Source: Callorhinchus milii
Lineage: Eukaryota
Direction of reading: 5' to 3'
Assembly (NCBI RefSeq): GCF_018977255.1
Contig: NW_024704743.1
Location: 14,882,001-14,946,000, forward strand
DNA length: 64,000 nucleotides
Below the pieces are notes generated by a model. It worked only from the letters and a program-made list of their open reading frames with translations. It had not been told where the DNA came from and did not search any database. Shown one piece after another: positions 11,660 to 24,274 of this stretch. The translations under genes and the position numbers were made by a program. Within the stretch, counting starts at the first letter, position 1. Each line of letters begins with the position of its first letter.

Positions 11660-12535
11660 TGTCAGCCTGGCTCACCTCCTGGCACTCTGGTCTCTGGGTT
11701 GTGTGTTCCACCCCCAAACTGGGACTTTGAATTCATCAGACGTGCCATGTTTTCAATGAGATGGTAAACCATGTTTTCATTTGCCTATTCAGTGGATGTT
11801 AAAGATCCTGTGACACTATTCAAAAAGAGAAGTGAATTTGTCCCAGTGCCCTTGACAATAGTCCGAAGATTAAATGAATCATTCACTTCATGGCTGTTTG
11901 TAGGACATTGATGAGTAGAAATTGGCTGCTATGATTACCTACAAATGCACATTCACTACAATTCTTTGTGAAAACAAAAACAGAAGTCACTGGGAACACT
12001 CAACACGTCAGGCAGCATCTATGGAGAAAGGAAAGTGAGTCAATGTTTCTGGTCCATGACACTTCGTCAGAATTGGGGCATGTTGGGAGGGAGAAGCTTT
12101 TAAGGGTTAACAGAGAGGGGGGAGGCAGGGCAAGGAAGACAAAGGAGAAAATGGGGTAGAGGACAGGGGATGATGAGTTAAAGAGGTGTTAATGAAGCAA
12201 AACAAAGGGGGGGAGGTTGCAACAAAACAGGGAGTAGAGGTGTTAATACAGCAGAACAAAGGTGGGGTCGTGGGGGGAAGATTAAGCACATCATCAAACA
12301 CAAGAAGGGAAACAGATAGTAAAGAAGGAGAGCAGGGTAAAAGGGAAGAACGAAGATCACATCGAAGAGAAGAGCAGAACTTCTTCAAGGTAGGCATTCC
12401 TAGAAGAGAAGTGGCAGCGAATTAAATATAAACAGAATGCAAAATACAGTAGTATCTGCAGTACTTTGCATTTTGTTTATATACAATTCTTTGTGAAGCG
12501 CTTTGAGATGTTATAGGCACTATATCAAATGCAAT
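11660..12535 (+). mobile_element. Old Deu-domain SINE interrupted by a Penelope-like insertion
   Basis: GTCAGCCTGGCTCA head and GGATGTTAAAGATCC block; tail GTGAAGCGCTTTGAG resumes after 12482. Confidence 0.75.
11973..12481 (-). mobile_element. Penelope-like insertion with 16-bp TSD and terminal hairpin
   Basis: TACAATTCTTTGTGAA at 11957-11972 and 12482-12497; contains the reverse complement of the 108-205 motif; inverted repeat 12426-12447/12461-12482. Confidence 0.7.
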
Positions 12536-12589
12536 GAGTAAGTTATTTAATTTTTATTTATCCAGGATTTTAGTCTACATTTTCTCATC

Positions 12590-13620
12590 AGTCTCTCATG
12601 CTCCACCACAATTGATTCAAATCGTCACTGCCTATATCTTCACCCGTACCAAACTCCATACTCCCATCACCTCAGTCCTCTCAAGGCTCCACTATTGCAG
12701 AATGGATCTATTCCAAGATCCTCACACAAATCACTTCATGCCCTGGCACCTCCCTACCTCTCCAACCTGCTTACACTCCACTTCCTCTACCCACCCGCTT
12801 CACTCAGCTGGCTCCAGCCTCCGGCACATTCCTCATCCCCTCCGCTCCACCATCAACGTATGTTCAACCACAACAAATTAGTGGTTTTGATGAACTTGTT
12901 CACTTCAATCCACAACAGTTTGTGGGAACCTGCTGTGCGCAATTGGCTGCCATGTTTCGCCCACAAAATATACAGTCAATTCACTTTACAATATATTCTG
13001 TGAAGCGCTTTGATACGTCTTAAAGACATGATAAGGCGCTATATCAAATGCATGGATTCTTATTATTATTATTCTGACTCTGACCTGTTTGTGGAGTCCT
13101 GTAGCTCAGTGGTTAGAGCACTCGCTTTGCAAGTGAGAGACCTGAGTTCAATTCCAGGCAGGTCAGGGCGAAACCTTGGGCAAGTTTCCTTACTCCACAC
13201 GCCTGATAATATTCCCTCCAAAACCAAAAACAATAATAAAATTGGTCATTTTCAATCTACGACTGTTTGTGGGACATTGCTGTGCGCAATTGGCTGCCGC
13301 GTTCGCCCACAAATATACAGTCAATTCACTTTACAGTGTGTTCTGTGAAGCGCTTTGGGACGTCCTTCCAATGTGAAAAGCGCTATATCAAATGCAAGGA
13401 TTATTATTATTATTATTATTATTGGAGAACCTGAAAATCTTTGCCTCAATTCTTCCACCTTGCCCCTCCTTTCCCACCTTCAGATCAGAGGACCATCCTC
13501 TTCGACTGTGCCTCGGGTCACCTCCCACCTCTCCCCAGCTCAGGTTCAACCTTCGCCACTGTTAAGCGCTCTGAGATCTACCCTGGTTGAAGAGCACTAT
13601 ATAAATGCAAGTCGTTGTCA
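12590..13620 (+). mobile_element. L2 3' end interrupted by two tandem SINEs
   Basis: L2 similarity 12590-12870 resumes at 13423; SINE pieces at ~12880-13072 and 13090-13421. Confidence 0.8.
13090..13421 (+). mobile_element. Full-length young short-form SINE, tRNA(Ala)-like head
   Basis: GAGTCCTGTAGCTCAGTGGTTAGAGCACTCGCTTTGCAAGTGAGAGACCTGAGTTCAATTCC; anticodon arm CTCGC-TTTGCAA-GTGAG; (ATT)n tail. Confidence 0.9.
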
Positions 13621-14904
13621 GAGAGTAAATTCTGCAACAGTTGTCTGATCAACTAATTGAAGTTGGACTTTGAGGTTTATTTTTTGGGATTTGTAAATGG
13701 ATTCAGAATTAATGAAATAATAATAATGATAATAATCCTTTCCCCAAATACAGATATATCTGACTCTGACCTGCCTGAACTCAGCTCAGGTATCAATTTC
13801 CTGTCAGGAGTAAGGAGCCTCCGTTAGCAGCATTCGTGACTTTATAGGAATCAGAAAGGGTTTGTCAGCTTACACGGGATCATGTGTGCTGATGTAATCA
13901 TGTTTGCCAGGCAGAGAAAGGGACTAGTTTTTTAGTGTTTTAAAACTAGTGTTTTAGAGCATTTCAATCGATACATTTATTAGTCAGTACGCAGCTAGCT
14001 TTAGAATAGCAAGCAGACGGATGTGTTCTCAAGTAGTTTGCGAGAAAAAACACATTCATATCGTTGTTCCATGTTGTTCCGTGCTTGTTTAATGCTTCTA
14101 TTTGTAGCACCTTATAATATAGTTAGTATGCAACAGCAAACGCCTACAAACAGGACTGAGATGAATGAACACATGTAGTAATTTTTTAGTGATTTTCATG
14201 AATTGGACTAAGGGAGGTATAATGGTCAGGGTGCCAGAAAACACTCTTTCCTTTCTTTGAAATAAAACCATCAGAAACAGGCAGAGACAGGACAACAGGC
14301 CTCGCTTACGAGACAAGAACTCTAACAACAATGCTACAGAACTCCACAAAGTATTGACTAATCCACTCTTTATATTAACCGATATGAATCCTGGAGATGT
14401 TAAAGAAAAGTATGTTGGTTTCTCCTTGGTAACTTAACCATTGCACTTATCCAAAGCTTTATGTAATGCTAACAAGTCAATTGCCCGGCTTTGTGTATTT
14501 TATGAGTGTGCACGGTTGAGAGGCCTCATTTCATTTCCGGAACGCTACATGACAAACTGCGATTGATAAAACGGCCACGTAACATAAACACTTTTATATT
14601 CCTTTACTATTTACAGTCCCTGAACAAACAACACATCACTGAGAGCCTCACAACACCAGACACACATGGAGAAACAGAATGCTTTGGAAACTCATCACAT
14701 GTCAATGGCAGGAACCCTGGAGTGACATTCTAATGCACAGTCAAAGGCCTATTCACAGGGCCTGTCTGTCATTGCATTGAACACAGGTCGGGGCTCAAAG
14801 AAAGCCTGAGAGACAGTCACTCACAATATTATCATTTTGACTTTTGTAATTATAGTTTGGCAGCAGGAATGGTGATGTGTTGTATACAGAGTGAGAGACT
14901 GCAC

Positions 14905-17190
14905 CCCCAGAGCCTAGTGCAGGAGAGGACACAAGCTGCAGAGTTCTAAATAATCTGCACCTTGTAAAGGGAAGAGTTGGGAAGTTCAGTGAACGTGCAT
15001 AGTCAAGCCAGGATGTAATGAAAGTGTGGATCAGGGTCTCGGCAGCCTGGGATGAGAGGCAGTGGTGGAGGCGTGCAATGTTGCAGAGGCGTGGAATGGC
15101 GGAACGGGTCACTGCACGAATGTGGGGTTTGAAGAATAGCTGAGGGTCAAAAAGGACACCAAGGTTTTGGATTGGCTCAGTGAGGTGAAGGGTGCAACCA
15201 TGAATGGTGATAGTGTCAGCGGCTGAGTGAGGAGGAGCTGCCGGGAGCCAAGCAAGAGGACTTCTGTCTTACAACAACAACAACAACTTGGATTTATATG
15301 GCGCCCTCCACACAGGATGGCGTCTCAGAGCGCTTTACAGTTTCGGATTCCGGGACCGAGCCAGGGGGAGGAAGGTGACGAAGGGCGCGGTCAAAAAGAA
15401 AGGTCTTTAGCAGAGACCTGAAAATGGGAAGGGAGGGAGGAAGATGAAGGGAGTGAGGAAGGCAGTTCCAGAGCCTCGGGGCATAGTGGCTGAAGGCACT
15501 GCTGCCGAGGGTGGAGCGGAGGACTCAGGGGACAAGGAGGAGGCAAGACCCGGAGGAACGTCTTACCAACATTGAGCTGGAGGAATTTGCTCTCATCCAG
15601 TACTTGATGTCAGACAATTAGCCAGGACATCAATGGTCGTGAGAGATATGATCTGACCCATTCAAGGACAGAACCATGAGGTGAGAGGAGAGGTGGTGGA
15701 TGAGGATAGAGTGGTCAACGGTATCAAGGGCAGCAGAGAGGTTAAGGACAATGATGAGGTAGAGGGAGCCCTGGTTGCAGATGGACAGAATGCCATTTGT
15801 CACTTTGACCAGAGCTGTTTCTGTGCTGTGTGCGGCACGGAAACCCGATTGGAAGGGTTCGTGAAGGGAGTGGCAGGAGAGGAAGGAGCGAAGCTGGGAA
15901 GCAATAACTCATTCCAGGATCTTGAAAAGGAAAGGGAGGTTGGAGATGGGGTGATAGTTTGAGAGCAGGAATAGGTCCAGGGAGGGTTTTTTTAAGGATA
16001 AGAGTGATGATAGCTGTTTTTAAAGGGGGTGGGAACATTGTCAGTGGACAGGGAGAGATGCCTGTGAGTAGAGGAGCAAGGAGGAAGAGCTGGGAGATAA
16101 GAAGAGGGGTAGGGACGGGGTCGATGGACCAGGTGGTCAGTTTCATGCAGATTATAGTGGTGGTAGGAGGTAGAGGTGGGTTTGGTTGTCGGAGGGAAAG
16201 AGATTCAGCAGTTAAGGGAGATGAAGTAATGAAATGGCGAGGCTCTGAGTGATCACCAGGTCGAGGAGGTGACTGCAGATGAGGGTGGTGATGTGGAGGG
16301 AGAGATTGAGGGAGGAGAAGTCAGCAGAAGTAGAGCAGAAGAGGGTGAAGTGAAGGTTGAATTTGCCTCGGATGAGGAGGCATTCGGAGCAGAGTGAGAG
16401 GGAAGATAGGAGGGTGGAGATGTCGGGAAGGAAGGTGGGGGAGGGCTTGGGGGAAAGGTCGGAGGGGTGATGAAGGGTAGGGTGCTCAAAGAAGGGGAAG
16501 GTTCCAGAGGAGTAAGAAGATAGGCCGAGCCGGGACCGGGAGATGTGATCCACACCACTACCACCGCGGTTAGGTTGTGGGGTGTGATGGAAGGTGCAGC
16601 CGGGTGGTGTGGCCTCTGACAGGAGGGAAGGTGTCGCCTGGAGTGAGCCCAGGTTTTGATGAGGGCGAGAATGTCGATGTTTTCGTTGACAATGAGGTCT
16701 CGGATGGTGAGTGTTTTATTGGAGAGGGAGCAGACATTTTGTAGGCCGATGCAGAGGTGACAATTGGTGGCAGAATATGGGGGACGAGAGGGAGGAGCGA
16801 GAGGATTCACGGGAAGGTGGGGATGTGGATGAGGAAGGAGAGGTTGGATGGGACTTGCGTCGAGAATGGGGGATAGGGCAATCAGAGTGGCTGTTGTTGG
16901 ACAGTCAGCAGTGTCTGCCACAGTGGGCCTGACGGAAGATTCACAGGCTGGAGCAGAGGGAGGCTGTGAGACAATTGAGCAGAGATAGGAGTGGGGGAGG
17001 AAGGTGGAAGAGGAGGACTGAGCGGGAGTAATGGAGGGTAGAGGACAGGGATGGAGCGTTTTGGGGAAGCAGCTCAGGTCGGTGGTGGCAGCCAAAATGC
17101 ATGCAGCTGAGACTAAGAGACTAAGAGTGGTGGGGGGAGGTCAGCGTGGCATGGTTAGCCCGCTGGCATGGATCATCATGGGGAGAGGGA
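14905..17190 (-). mobile_element. Long decayed L2 with APE endonuclease and RT regions, internally deleted
   Basis: GLQNVCSLSNKTLTIRDLIVNENIDILALIKTW (APE N-terminus), LDLVIT, TTWSIDPVPT, RT motifs; 5' part homologous to 62925-63060. Confidence 0.88.
15273..15560 (-). mobile_element. Short L2 3'-end insertion nested in an L2
   Basis: GTCTTAC duplicated at 15266-15272 and 15560-15566; host L2 rejoins across it. Confidence 0.85.
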
Positions 17191-18769
17191 GACAATGTTA
17201 TAATCCCAGTGAGTCAAGGCTCAGAAATTCAATATGAATTACAAGAGCGTACAAATTAAATGCTGTTGATGGGCTACTGCAGCTATTTTATATATATATA
17301 TATAGATATGTATATAATTAATCCCAGGTACCGTGAAAATTAAGAAATCATATGAAATGTCCTGTGCTGCCTGTTGCTAAGATGCTAATTTGTGCAAGTG
17401 GTTGGAAATGTCAGCATGTCAGCCACAAACACATTGGTGTTGAATTTCCCAGCTGGATTAGTAAAGACTGCTCACCCTTTTCATGGAGTAACTAGCAGGG
17501 GCCCAGAAACATTTGGTCTTTTATTGTATTATTCTGAAGTAGTCTAATGAAGAGCCATATCTGTAAAATAAAAGTCTATAAATCTGTTCTCTTCTTGTGA
17601 CTTCATTGACTTCCACACAGCTAGTCTCGGCCTCTTTTTTGGTATTAATGCAAAAGTTTTTGACAAAAACAAACAATAAATTGATTTTATATAATGCCCT
17701 TCATGCGGGGTGGCATCTCAGTGCCCTTGAACCACACTTTTATCTATGATGGGGGCAAAAATTAGGTTCTTAAGCATCATTATCATTGCATTGAGCAGTA
17801 AAACATTGTTACCGACATTTAACTGTCGTCATTTGCCTTCGACCAATAGGTTCTCTCTCCATTTATCTGAACCTGGTCCTGAATCCTGCTCCTGGGGAAA
17901 GGGCAGGCTGCACTCATCCCATCCTTTATCTCTCTAGCACACAGTGCCTCCTAGAGGGTTATCATAATATGGATTGTTTTGTCGGGGATGGCTGTGGGAA
18001 CAGAGTGGATTGGGGGTATAAGGTAAGCAGATGCAGAGGAAGAACATGGGAAAAGAGCAGGGGAATTGATACAGTAAACCTCACATGAGTCGTATCAGTT
18101 GGGCCAATATATTTAATATGACTTATGCAAAGTATGAGTTATGTCAAATTTGCATAGAATATAAACTCTTGAATGGGACTTGGAGAGATAATAATAATCC
18201 TTGCATTTGATACAGCGCCTGATCACATCTTCAAGATGTCTCAAAGCGCTTCACAGAATATACTGCAAATCGTAGTGACTGTGTATTTTGCGGGCGAAAA
18301 GATGCACAATTTAGGCAATTATACAATTTGTACAGATAAGATTCTTGCTAGTTTTACTGTATTAAGATAAGTTACTTTTTTGAAGCAGCAGACACCAACA
18401 AATACAATGGGTCGAATGGCTTCTTATTGCATCTATGGTTCTACATCGCTACCAGCTCACTGTTTCCGTTGATTGACTGGTGAAAATATGGAACATGCTG
18501 AAATGAAGTTTTAGCTTTTCTGGGAAGTATTACGGGGGTATCTGGTGCTCACAACACTTTATTAAGTTAATGTGTTCCTGGTCCTGGAAAAAATCTAATT
18601 TAATCTAATTCAAGCCAGCAAGCAACTGTCATTATTGGAATGCACCACAGCATGCGTTCCTCATTAATCGTCTGCCTCATTCATTATGAACTGCAGTGGT
18701 GAGGTTGCATCTGATTGAGAGTAAAGCCAGTTTTTGTGTTGTAAAAGGAGAAGCTGGATTGAAATGATC

Positions 18770-18950
18770 TGAAATGGTGGAAGCAGATTTGAATGTAGAT
18801 TTCAAAAGCGAATTGGATACATACTTGAAAAGGAAAAATTTGCAGGGCTAAAGGTTAAGAGCAGGGGAGTGGGACTAGTTAGATAGCTCTTCCAAAGAGC
18901 CGGCACAATGGGCCAAATGGCCTCCTTCTGTGCTTTAAGATTCTATGATT
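18770..18950 (+). mobile_element. CR1 LINE 3' end
   Basis: GAATTGGATACATACTTG...GGGCCAAATGGCCTCCTTCTGTGC...GATTCTATGATT, typical of CR1 tails. Confidence 0.75.
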
Positions 18951-19601
18951 TCCTATTAGATATTAACATCTAGTCAGAATGAGGCACAGAGCTAAATTTA
19001 ATGACGTCCATGGTAAAACAGCATACCGTATATCAACCACAAAACTGATGTTAACTGTTGATCACTCAGCTGTTAAAGTCATAGACTGGGGTAAAACAGC
19101 CATGAAGACCCAAGCGGTCTGATGCTCAGTCAGTGCTGCACTCAGTGATCTCAGCCATTTTGTTTTGGGGTCAGCCTGGTGTCTGACAGATAGGGAAACC
19201 TATCAGCATGTTTAAGAGTATCCAAACCAATCTGAGATTTTCATACATCCCACCTACACATGGAAATCCCGGAGATAGATTGTTGGAATGGAATGCGCAT
19301 TCTCTTTGGAGGGACGGACGCATCCTGCTAACCTAATGCTGGAAAATATTAGACGCAGGTCAGCAAGAGCCAAGGCTTGGGGAAGCCAGAGTGTGTGTCG
19401 GGGTACTGCTGGAGTCTAACTAACTAAAACCACAGGGCTTGCCATTGAGAAGCCCCAATACACTAAGCAAGAAACAATATGTAACGGTGGTTGCTTTTTC
19501 TCCCGTCCTTGAGAGGTGCAAAATTTCTTCTGGCATTAACCCTGAGAATATTAACTTAACATAGAATAATATGCAGAAATTTATAAAATTCTTATAAATT
19601 T

Positions 19602-19900
19602 TGGGATCGAGTTCCAGAGAATGGGGGCAGAGTGGCTAAAGGCTCACCAACCCCAGCACTTAATTTGGAAGTCAGTTTTCCGAGCCGAGGGGGATGAGTG
19701 TGGCTTGCTGGGGAGAGAAAGGAAAAGGCCAATTAAAAAGATGGGTTTTAAGGCAGGTTTTGAAGGTGAAAGTGGCATAGTGGAGGAACTCTGGGATCGA
19801 GTTCCAGAGAATGGGGGCAGAGTGGCTAAAGGCTCACCAACCCCAACACTTTGAGACGTCCTCCCGACGTGAAAGGCACAATATAAATGCAATTTGTTGG
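19602..19900. mobile_element. Rearranged L2 3' end (inversion plus 54-bp duplication)
   Basis: Minus-strand L2 19602-19845 joined to plus-strand tail 19846-19900; 19602-19655 is identical to 19792-19845. Confidence 0.8.
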
Positions 19901-19954
19901 AGTTATTGACTAGTGCTGATGAAAGCAGATGAGGAACATGAAACAGGTTGGTGT

Positions 19955-20350
19955 TTACTGAGCAGAAGCGGTGGCTGGGGCAGAAGTGTTATAGGAGGTT
20001 GCAGAAGTAGGGTGAAGCAAGGCCATAGAGGCACATGAAAGTGAAGATTTTTTATTTGATCCACTAGAGGATGATAAGTCAGTGCAACTAAGTGATGAGG
20101 GTGATAGGCTCATAGAACTTGGTGCAGAAGAAAAAATGGGTTGCAGAGTTCTGAATAGTTTGCAACTTATATAGGGAGTTGCTGGAGAGTCCATTGAGTA
20201 GGACTTCATAGAGTAGTTAAGACATGAGGTGATAAAGGCATGGATGAGGGGCTCAGCAGCCTGGAGGGAGAGGTCATAGCAGAGTTGGGCAGTGTACAGA
20301 GGTGAAAGAAAGCAGAGTAAGTGTGAACGACAACTGGGGATCAAACAAAG
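19955..20350 (-). mobile_element. Old L2 fragment
   Basis: QAAEPLIHAFITSCLNYS. Confidence 0.75.
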
Positions 20351-20779
20351 CACAATTTAAGCAAGTCACTATATACATTTTAGACAGTATATGAATCAAC
20401 CAGTATTTAAGGCTCCTAATGTAGACTGTTTTAAGAACGTGCAAGGGAGCTACTGTTTATCTCACAAGGTTAGTATTCATAGAAAACAAATAAAACCATA
20501 GGAACAGACTTTAAAATTGTCGGCTTTATTTGCTTTATTTAGTGTACACTTTCCCCCAAGGCTTCAAGAACACACAATTCCAGTATCCTATTTTCTTAAT
20601 CCAATACAATGATCTATTCCATCAAAATATGTCAACTCTGAACTTTGCACCTGCCACCCCTCCAATGCTTCACCCAAGTGACCAATGTGTTTAGACACAG
20701 TATTTGCTGTGCAGTATGAAACAGAACTTATAAATATTTAAATGACCTTTCATAGCACCAAAATGTCTGAAAGCACTAG

Positions 20780-21035
20780 TAATTATACAAGTGTAATGAT
20801 TGTTTTTGGAGCCAAAACACAGCAGCTATTGACCAACAAACAGCCACGATTGACCAATTAATATAGAGGACTGTTGGCCAGGAATCCCTTCCCAGAGAAA
20901 TTCCTTTCCTTTTCTCATGTTGATCTTTAACATCCATCTTAAGAGGCAAACAGGACCTCTGCTGAATATCTCCATCTGAAGGACTAATACAGTGTTCCCC
21001 CAGTAATGTACCAGACTGTAAGTGTAGCCAGGGTT
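20780..21035 (-). mobile_element. Old Deu-domain SINE fragment
   Basis: Reverse complement of GGATGTTAAAGATC block at 20921-20936. Confidence 0.65.
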
Positions 21036-21491
21036 GTCCAACTGTTTGGCTGCTGCGGGACGAATTCCCTATTTGAGAAAGATCTATGGGCAGCATAAGC
21101 AATATATTGTGTTTCCAGAAACATAACAACATTTACACACTACCTTTTTCATGTTGGAAGGACATCTTTACAATGTCGACTGGGCATCTGAGCTGGGGGT
21201 AGGAGACAAGAGAGGTGGGATAGGGACAAGAAAAGATGACCAAAAGTGTGGTCAAAGAGTTAGGTCTTGATGTGCCTTGAAAGAGGGGAGGGAGTCGAAG
21301 GGACTACAGGAATAGAACTCCAGAGTGCAGGACCTTCTCCACATCCCACTCCCCCACCGTCCCCACTCCCTCCAGTTGGACAACATTGGGTTAGACCATG
21401 AGCTTCAGTCGTGATGTCGGTCTCAAACATACAGTTTGGACAGAGTTAAACTGTTTGACCCAGAAACTACCATCTTAGCCAAGCAAATACA

Positions 21492-21805
21492 CAATAATAA
21501 TAATAATAATAATAATAATCCTTACATTTGATATTGCGCTTTTCACGTCTTCTCGAAGCACTTCACAGAATATGCTGTAAAGTGAATTGACTGTATATTT
21601 GTGAGTGAACGCGGCAGCCAATTGCGCACAGCAGTATCCCACAAACAGTCGTGGATTAAAAATGACCAATTTATTATTGTTTTGTTTTTTGGAGGGATTA
21701 TTATGAGGCGTGTGGAGTAAGGAAACTTGCCCAAGGTTTCGCCCTACCTGGAATTGAACCCAGGTGTCTCACTTGCAAGGCAAGTGCTCTAACCACGGAG
21801 TTACA
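21492..21805 (-). mobile_element. tRNA-headed SINE, short form
   Basis: Reverse-complement match to 13090-13421. Confidence 0.9.
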
Positions 21806-22134
21806 CAATGATATTTTTGTTAGCACTTAACATAGAATTTACTTTATGCAGTGCAATTTGACCTTAAATAGCCAGCAATATTATATGTCATTTGCTTGTT
21901 ACGTTAATGCAGCCTATAATTTAATAATGAAAGCACTTTATACACTGCCTTTTTTCAAAATGTAATGGTTTGAAACACAATTTAAGCATGGCAAAGTAAT
22001 GTGAAAACTTTCTGAGTTCTCTTCAAGCTGGGAGTTAATTCATTTTGTAGTGTTTTATGCAAGTTCCCTGAAACCTTCACTAGGATTAGGTTTGAAGGCT
22101 TAAAGTAATTTGAAAACGTTTCTGTAAAACATTG

Positions 22135-22456
22135 ATAATAATAATAATAATAATCCTTGCATTTGATATAGCGCTTTTCACGTCGGGAGGACGTCCCAAA
22201 TGCGCTTTACAGAACACACTGTAAAGTGAATTGACTGTATATTTGTGGGCGAACGCGGCAGCCAATTGCGCACAGCAATGTCCCACAAACAGTCGTAGAT
22301 TGAAAATGACCAATTTATTATTGTTTTTGGTTTTGGAGGGATTATTATTAGGCTCTGTGTGGAGTAAGGAAACTTGCCCAAGGTTTCGCCCTGCCTGGAA
22401 TTGAACTCAGGTCTCTCACTTGCAAAGCGAGTGCTCTAACCACTGAGCTACAGGAT
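22135..22456 (-). mobile_element. tRNA-headed SINE, short form (young)
   Basis: Near-identical reverse complement of 13090-13421; tail GGGACGTCCTCCCGACGTGAAAAGCGC. Confidence 0.92.
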
Positions 22457-22849
22457 TGATCTTGTGTTGCCATTAGGTATATGTGAGAGCCTTTTTGTTG
22501 GACTCCCCAGCTTCTCCCTAAACAAGCTGTGGACCATCCAGAACTCTGAATCTCATGTCCTCTTCCACATTAATCTCCATGAGCCTGTCACCACCATACT
22601 CACTTGGTAACTCACAGTTACCGTTTCCTGCAAATCATATTCAAGATCCTCGTTATCATGGTCAAATCCCTCTATGGTCTCGCCCACCATACTTCTGCAA
22701 CCAAACTGCCCCAGGCGCTCATTCCCTGAACTTTCAGTTATTCTGCCCTGCTCTCCATTGCAAATAACTTCAGTCTCATCCCTTCTAAAGCCTGCTTTAA
22801 GGTCTGTCTTTTTTACTATGCTCTCAGACATCTTCCACCCCCTCCCCCT

Positions 22850-23120
22850 CCATTCACCCCCCTTCCATCTCTATCAGGTCTCACCTCAATCTTCTCTGTT
22901 CCAATGAAAATAGGCCCAGTTCCTCTAGTCTCTCCTCACAAGTCAAACCTCACATCCCTGATATCAACAACAAAAACAAGTTACATTTGTATAGAGGATG
23001 TCCCAAGCTGCTGACATCCTGGTCAATCTCCTCTGTACCCTCTCTCGGGCCCTGAAATTCTTTCTAAAATGGGGTGACCAAAACTGGATGCAATTGTTCG
23101 TAATGGACAGAATAATTTCT
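22850..23120 (-). mobile_element. CR1 RT C-terminal fragment
   Basis: CIQFWSPHFRKNFRARERVQRRLTRM resembles the CR1 YCVQFWSP..KKD...LERVQRR motif. Confidence 0.75.
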
Positions 23121-24274
23121 GGAATATTGATAATTCCCATTGAGAAAGGCTGCTTAGAGAGCAAGATCTAGCTTTTGACTGAGACATATGGACATATGGA
23201 ATGATAAGATAATAGCCCAAGGAGACAGGTCAAGTGGAAAATGAAACTATTCCCTCAGTAGTCGAGAAAGGAATTAAGAAGCTGTCAAATGAGAAATCAG
23301 AACAAACCACCAGTTGAAGATGAGGAAAAGAGGAAACTGTTCATGTGATACATAAAACCACAGCACCAACCCAAAGGTTTTGAAAATATCCAAAATATAT
23401 GTCAAAATGACAGAGCGGTACCAGGTATACTTAGTCAGGTGCATACTGTGGGAGAAATGTTGCTGGAGGAATTTTACCAGCTAAGTGCAAATTAAGGAAC
23501 TGTGAAAGCCTGGGAGCTGCCAGGAAATTGGATACACTCAACACCTTGGTTGTCTGAAAGTAGAAGTTTGAACATTTACAATAATATAACAATTGGGGTG
23601 AAAATGCAATGTTTTGTAAGAGGTTTGATCCGAGTGCAGTGGTTACACCAAAGACAAGATCCTAACCGTTGCTGGGATTCTCATTTCATGGCAGCAATTG
23701 TTGTTCCTGACTCTGGAGCTGGAGTTTAAGTACTGTTTCATGAGAATTACAAGATAGCATCCCATGAAGCTGACCTAAACTGGGGCGATTGGTAATCATC
23801 AACAACAACAACATTGACCTGCATTTATATAGTGCCTTTCACACAGGATTATGTCACGGAGCACTACACTCTGACGGGGTTGGATGCCGAGCAAGAGAGG
23901 GGGGAGGTAACCTTATAATAACTGACCATAGGCACAGAACAATAATGAAATCTTTGGGCCAAATCATTTTGCCGAAGCTAAAGGGAGCCAAAATACAGCA
24001 TTCACTTCCCATGGATTTCTACAGACAGAAAGACTCACCTCCATACACAAAAGCTATGAGCTTCTTACCTGATTCACCCAACTAATTCATTGGTTATTCG
24101 CTCAATGCTGTTCGTGAGACATTGCATATAGATTAACTGCAACATTTGCACTGAGGAAAAGCAGTCACTGCATATAGGAAAGTAGGAAATTACATTGGTG
24201 TCGACATAATAACTCGAAAGTCAGTCCTACTTAACAAACCACCAACAATACATCTCGGCAACTGTTTTTTCTTC

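Noticed and set aside
13095..13165. Genuine tRNA-Ala gene
   Set aside because: Continuous with a SINE body and tail, present in many diverged copies with varying anticodons
13073..13773. 15-bp direct repeat TCTGACTCTGACCTG (13073-13087, 13759-13773) as a TSD of a composite insertion
   Set aside because: The host L2 begins before the first copy and resumes between the two copies, which does not fit a single insertion; left unexplained
16253..17095. 280-aa Pro/Ser-rich ORF as a novel protein
   Set aside because: It is the pyrimidine-rich 5' region and APE start of a decayed L2
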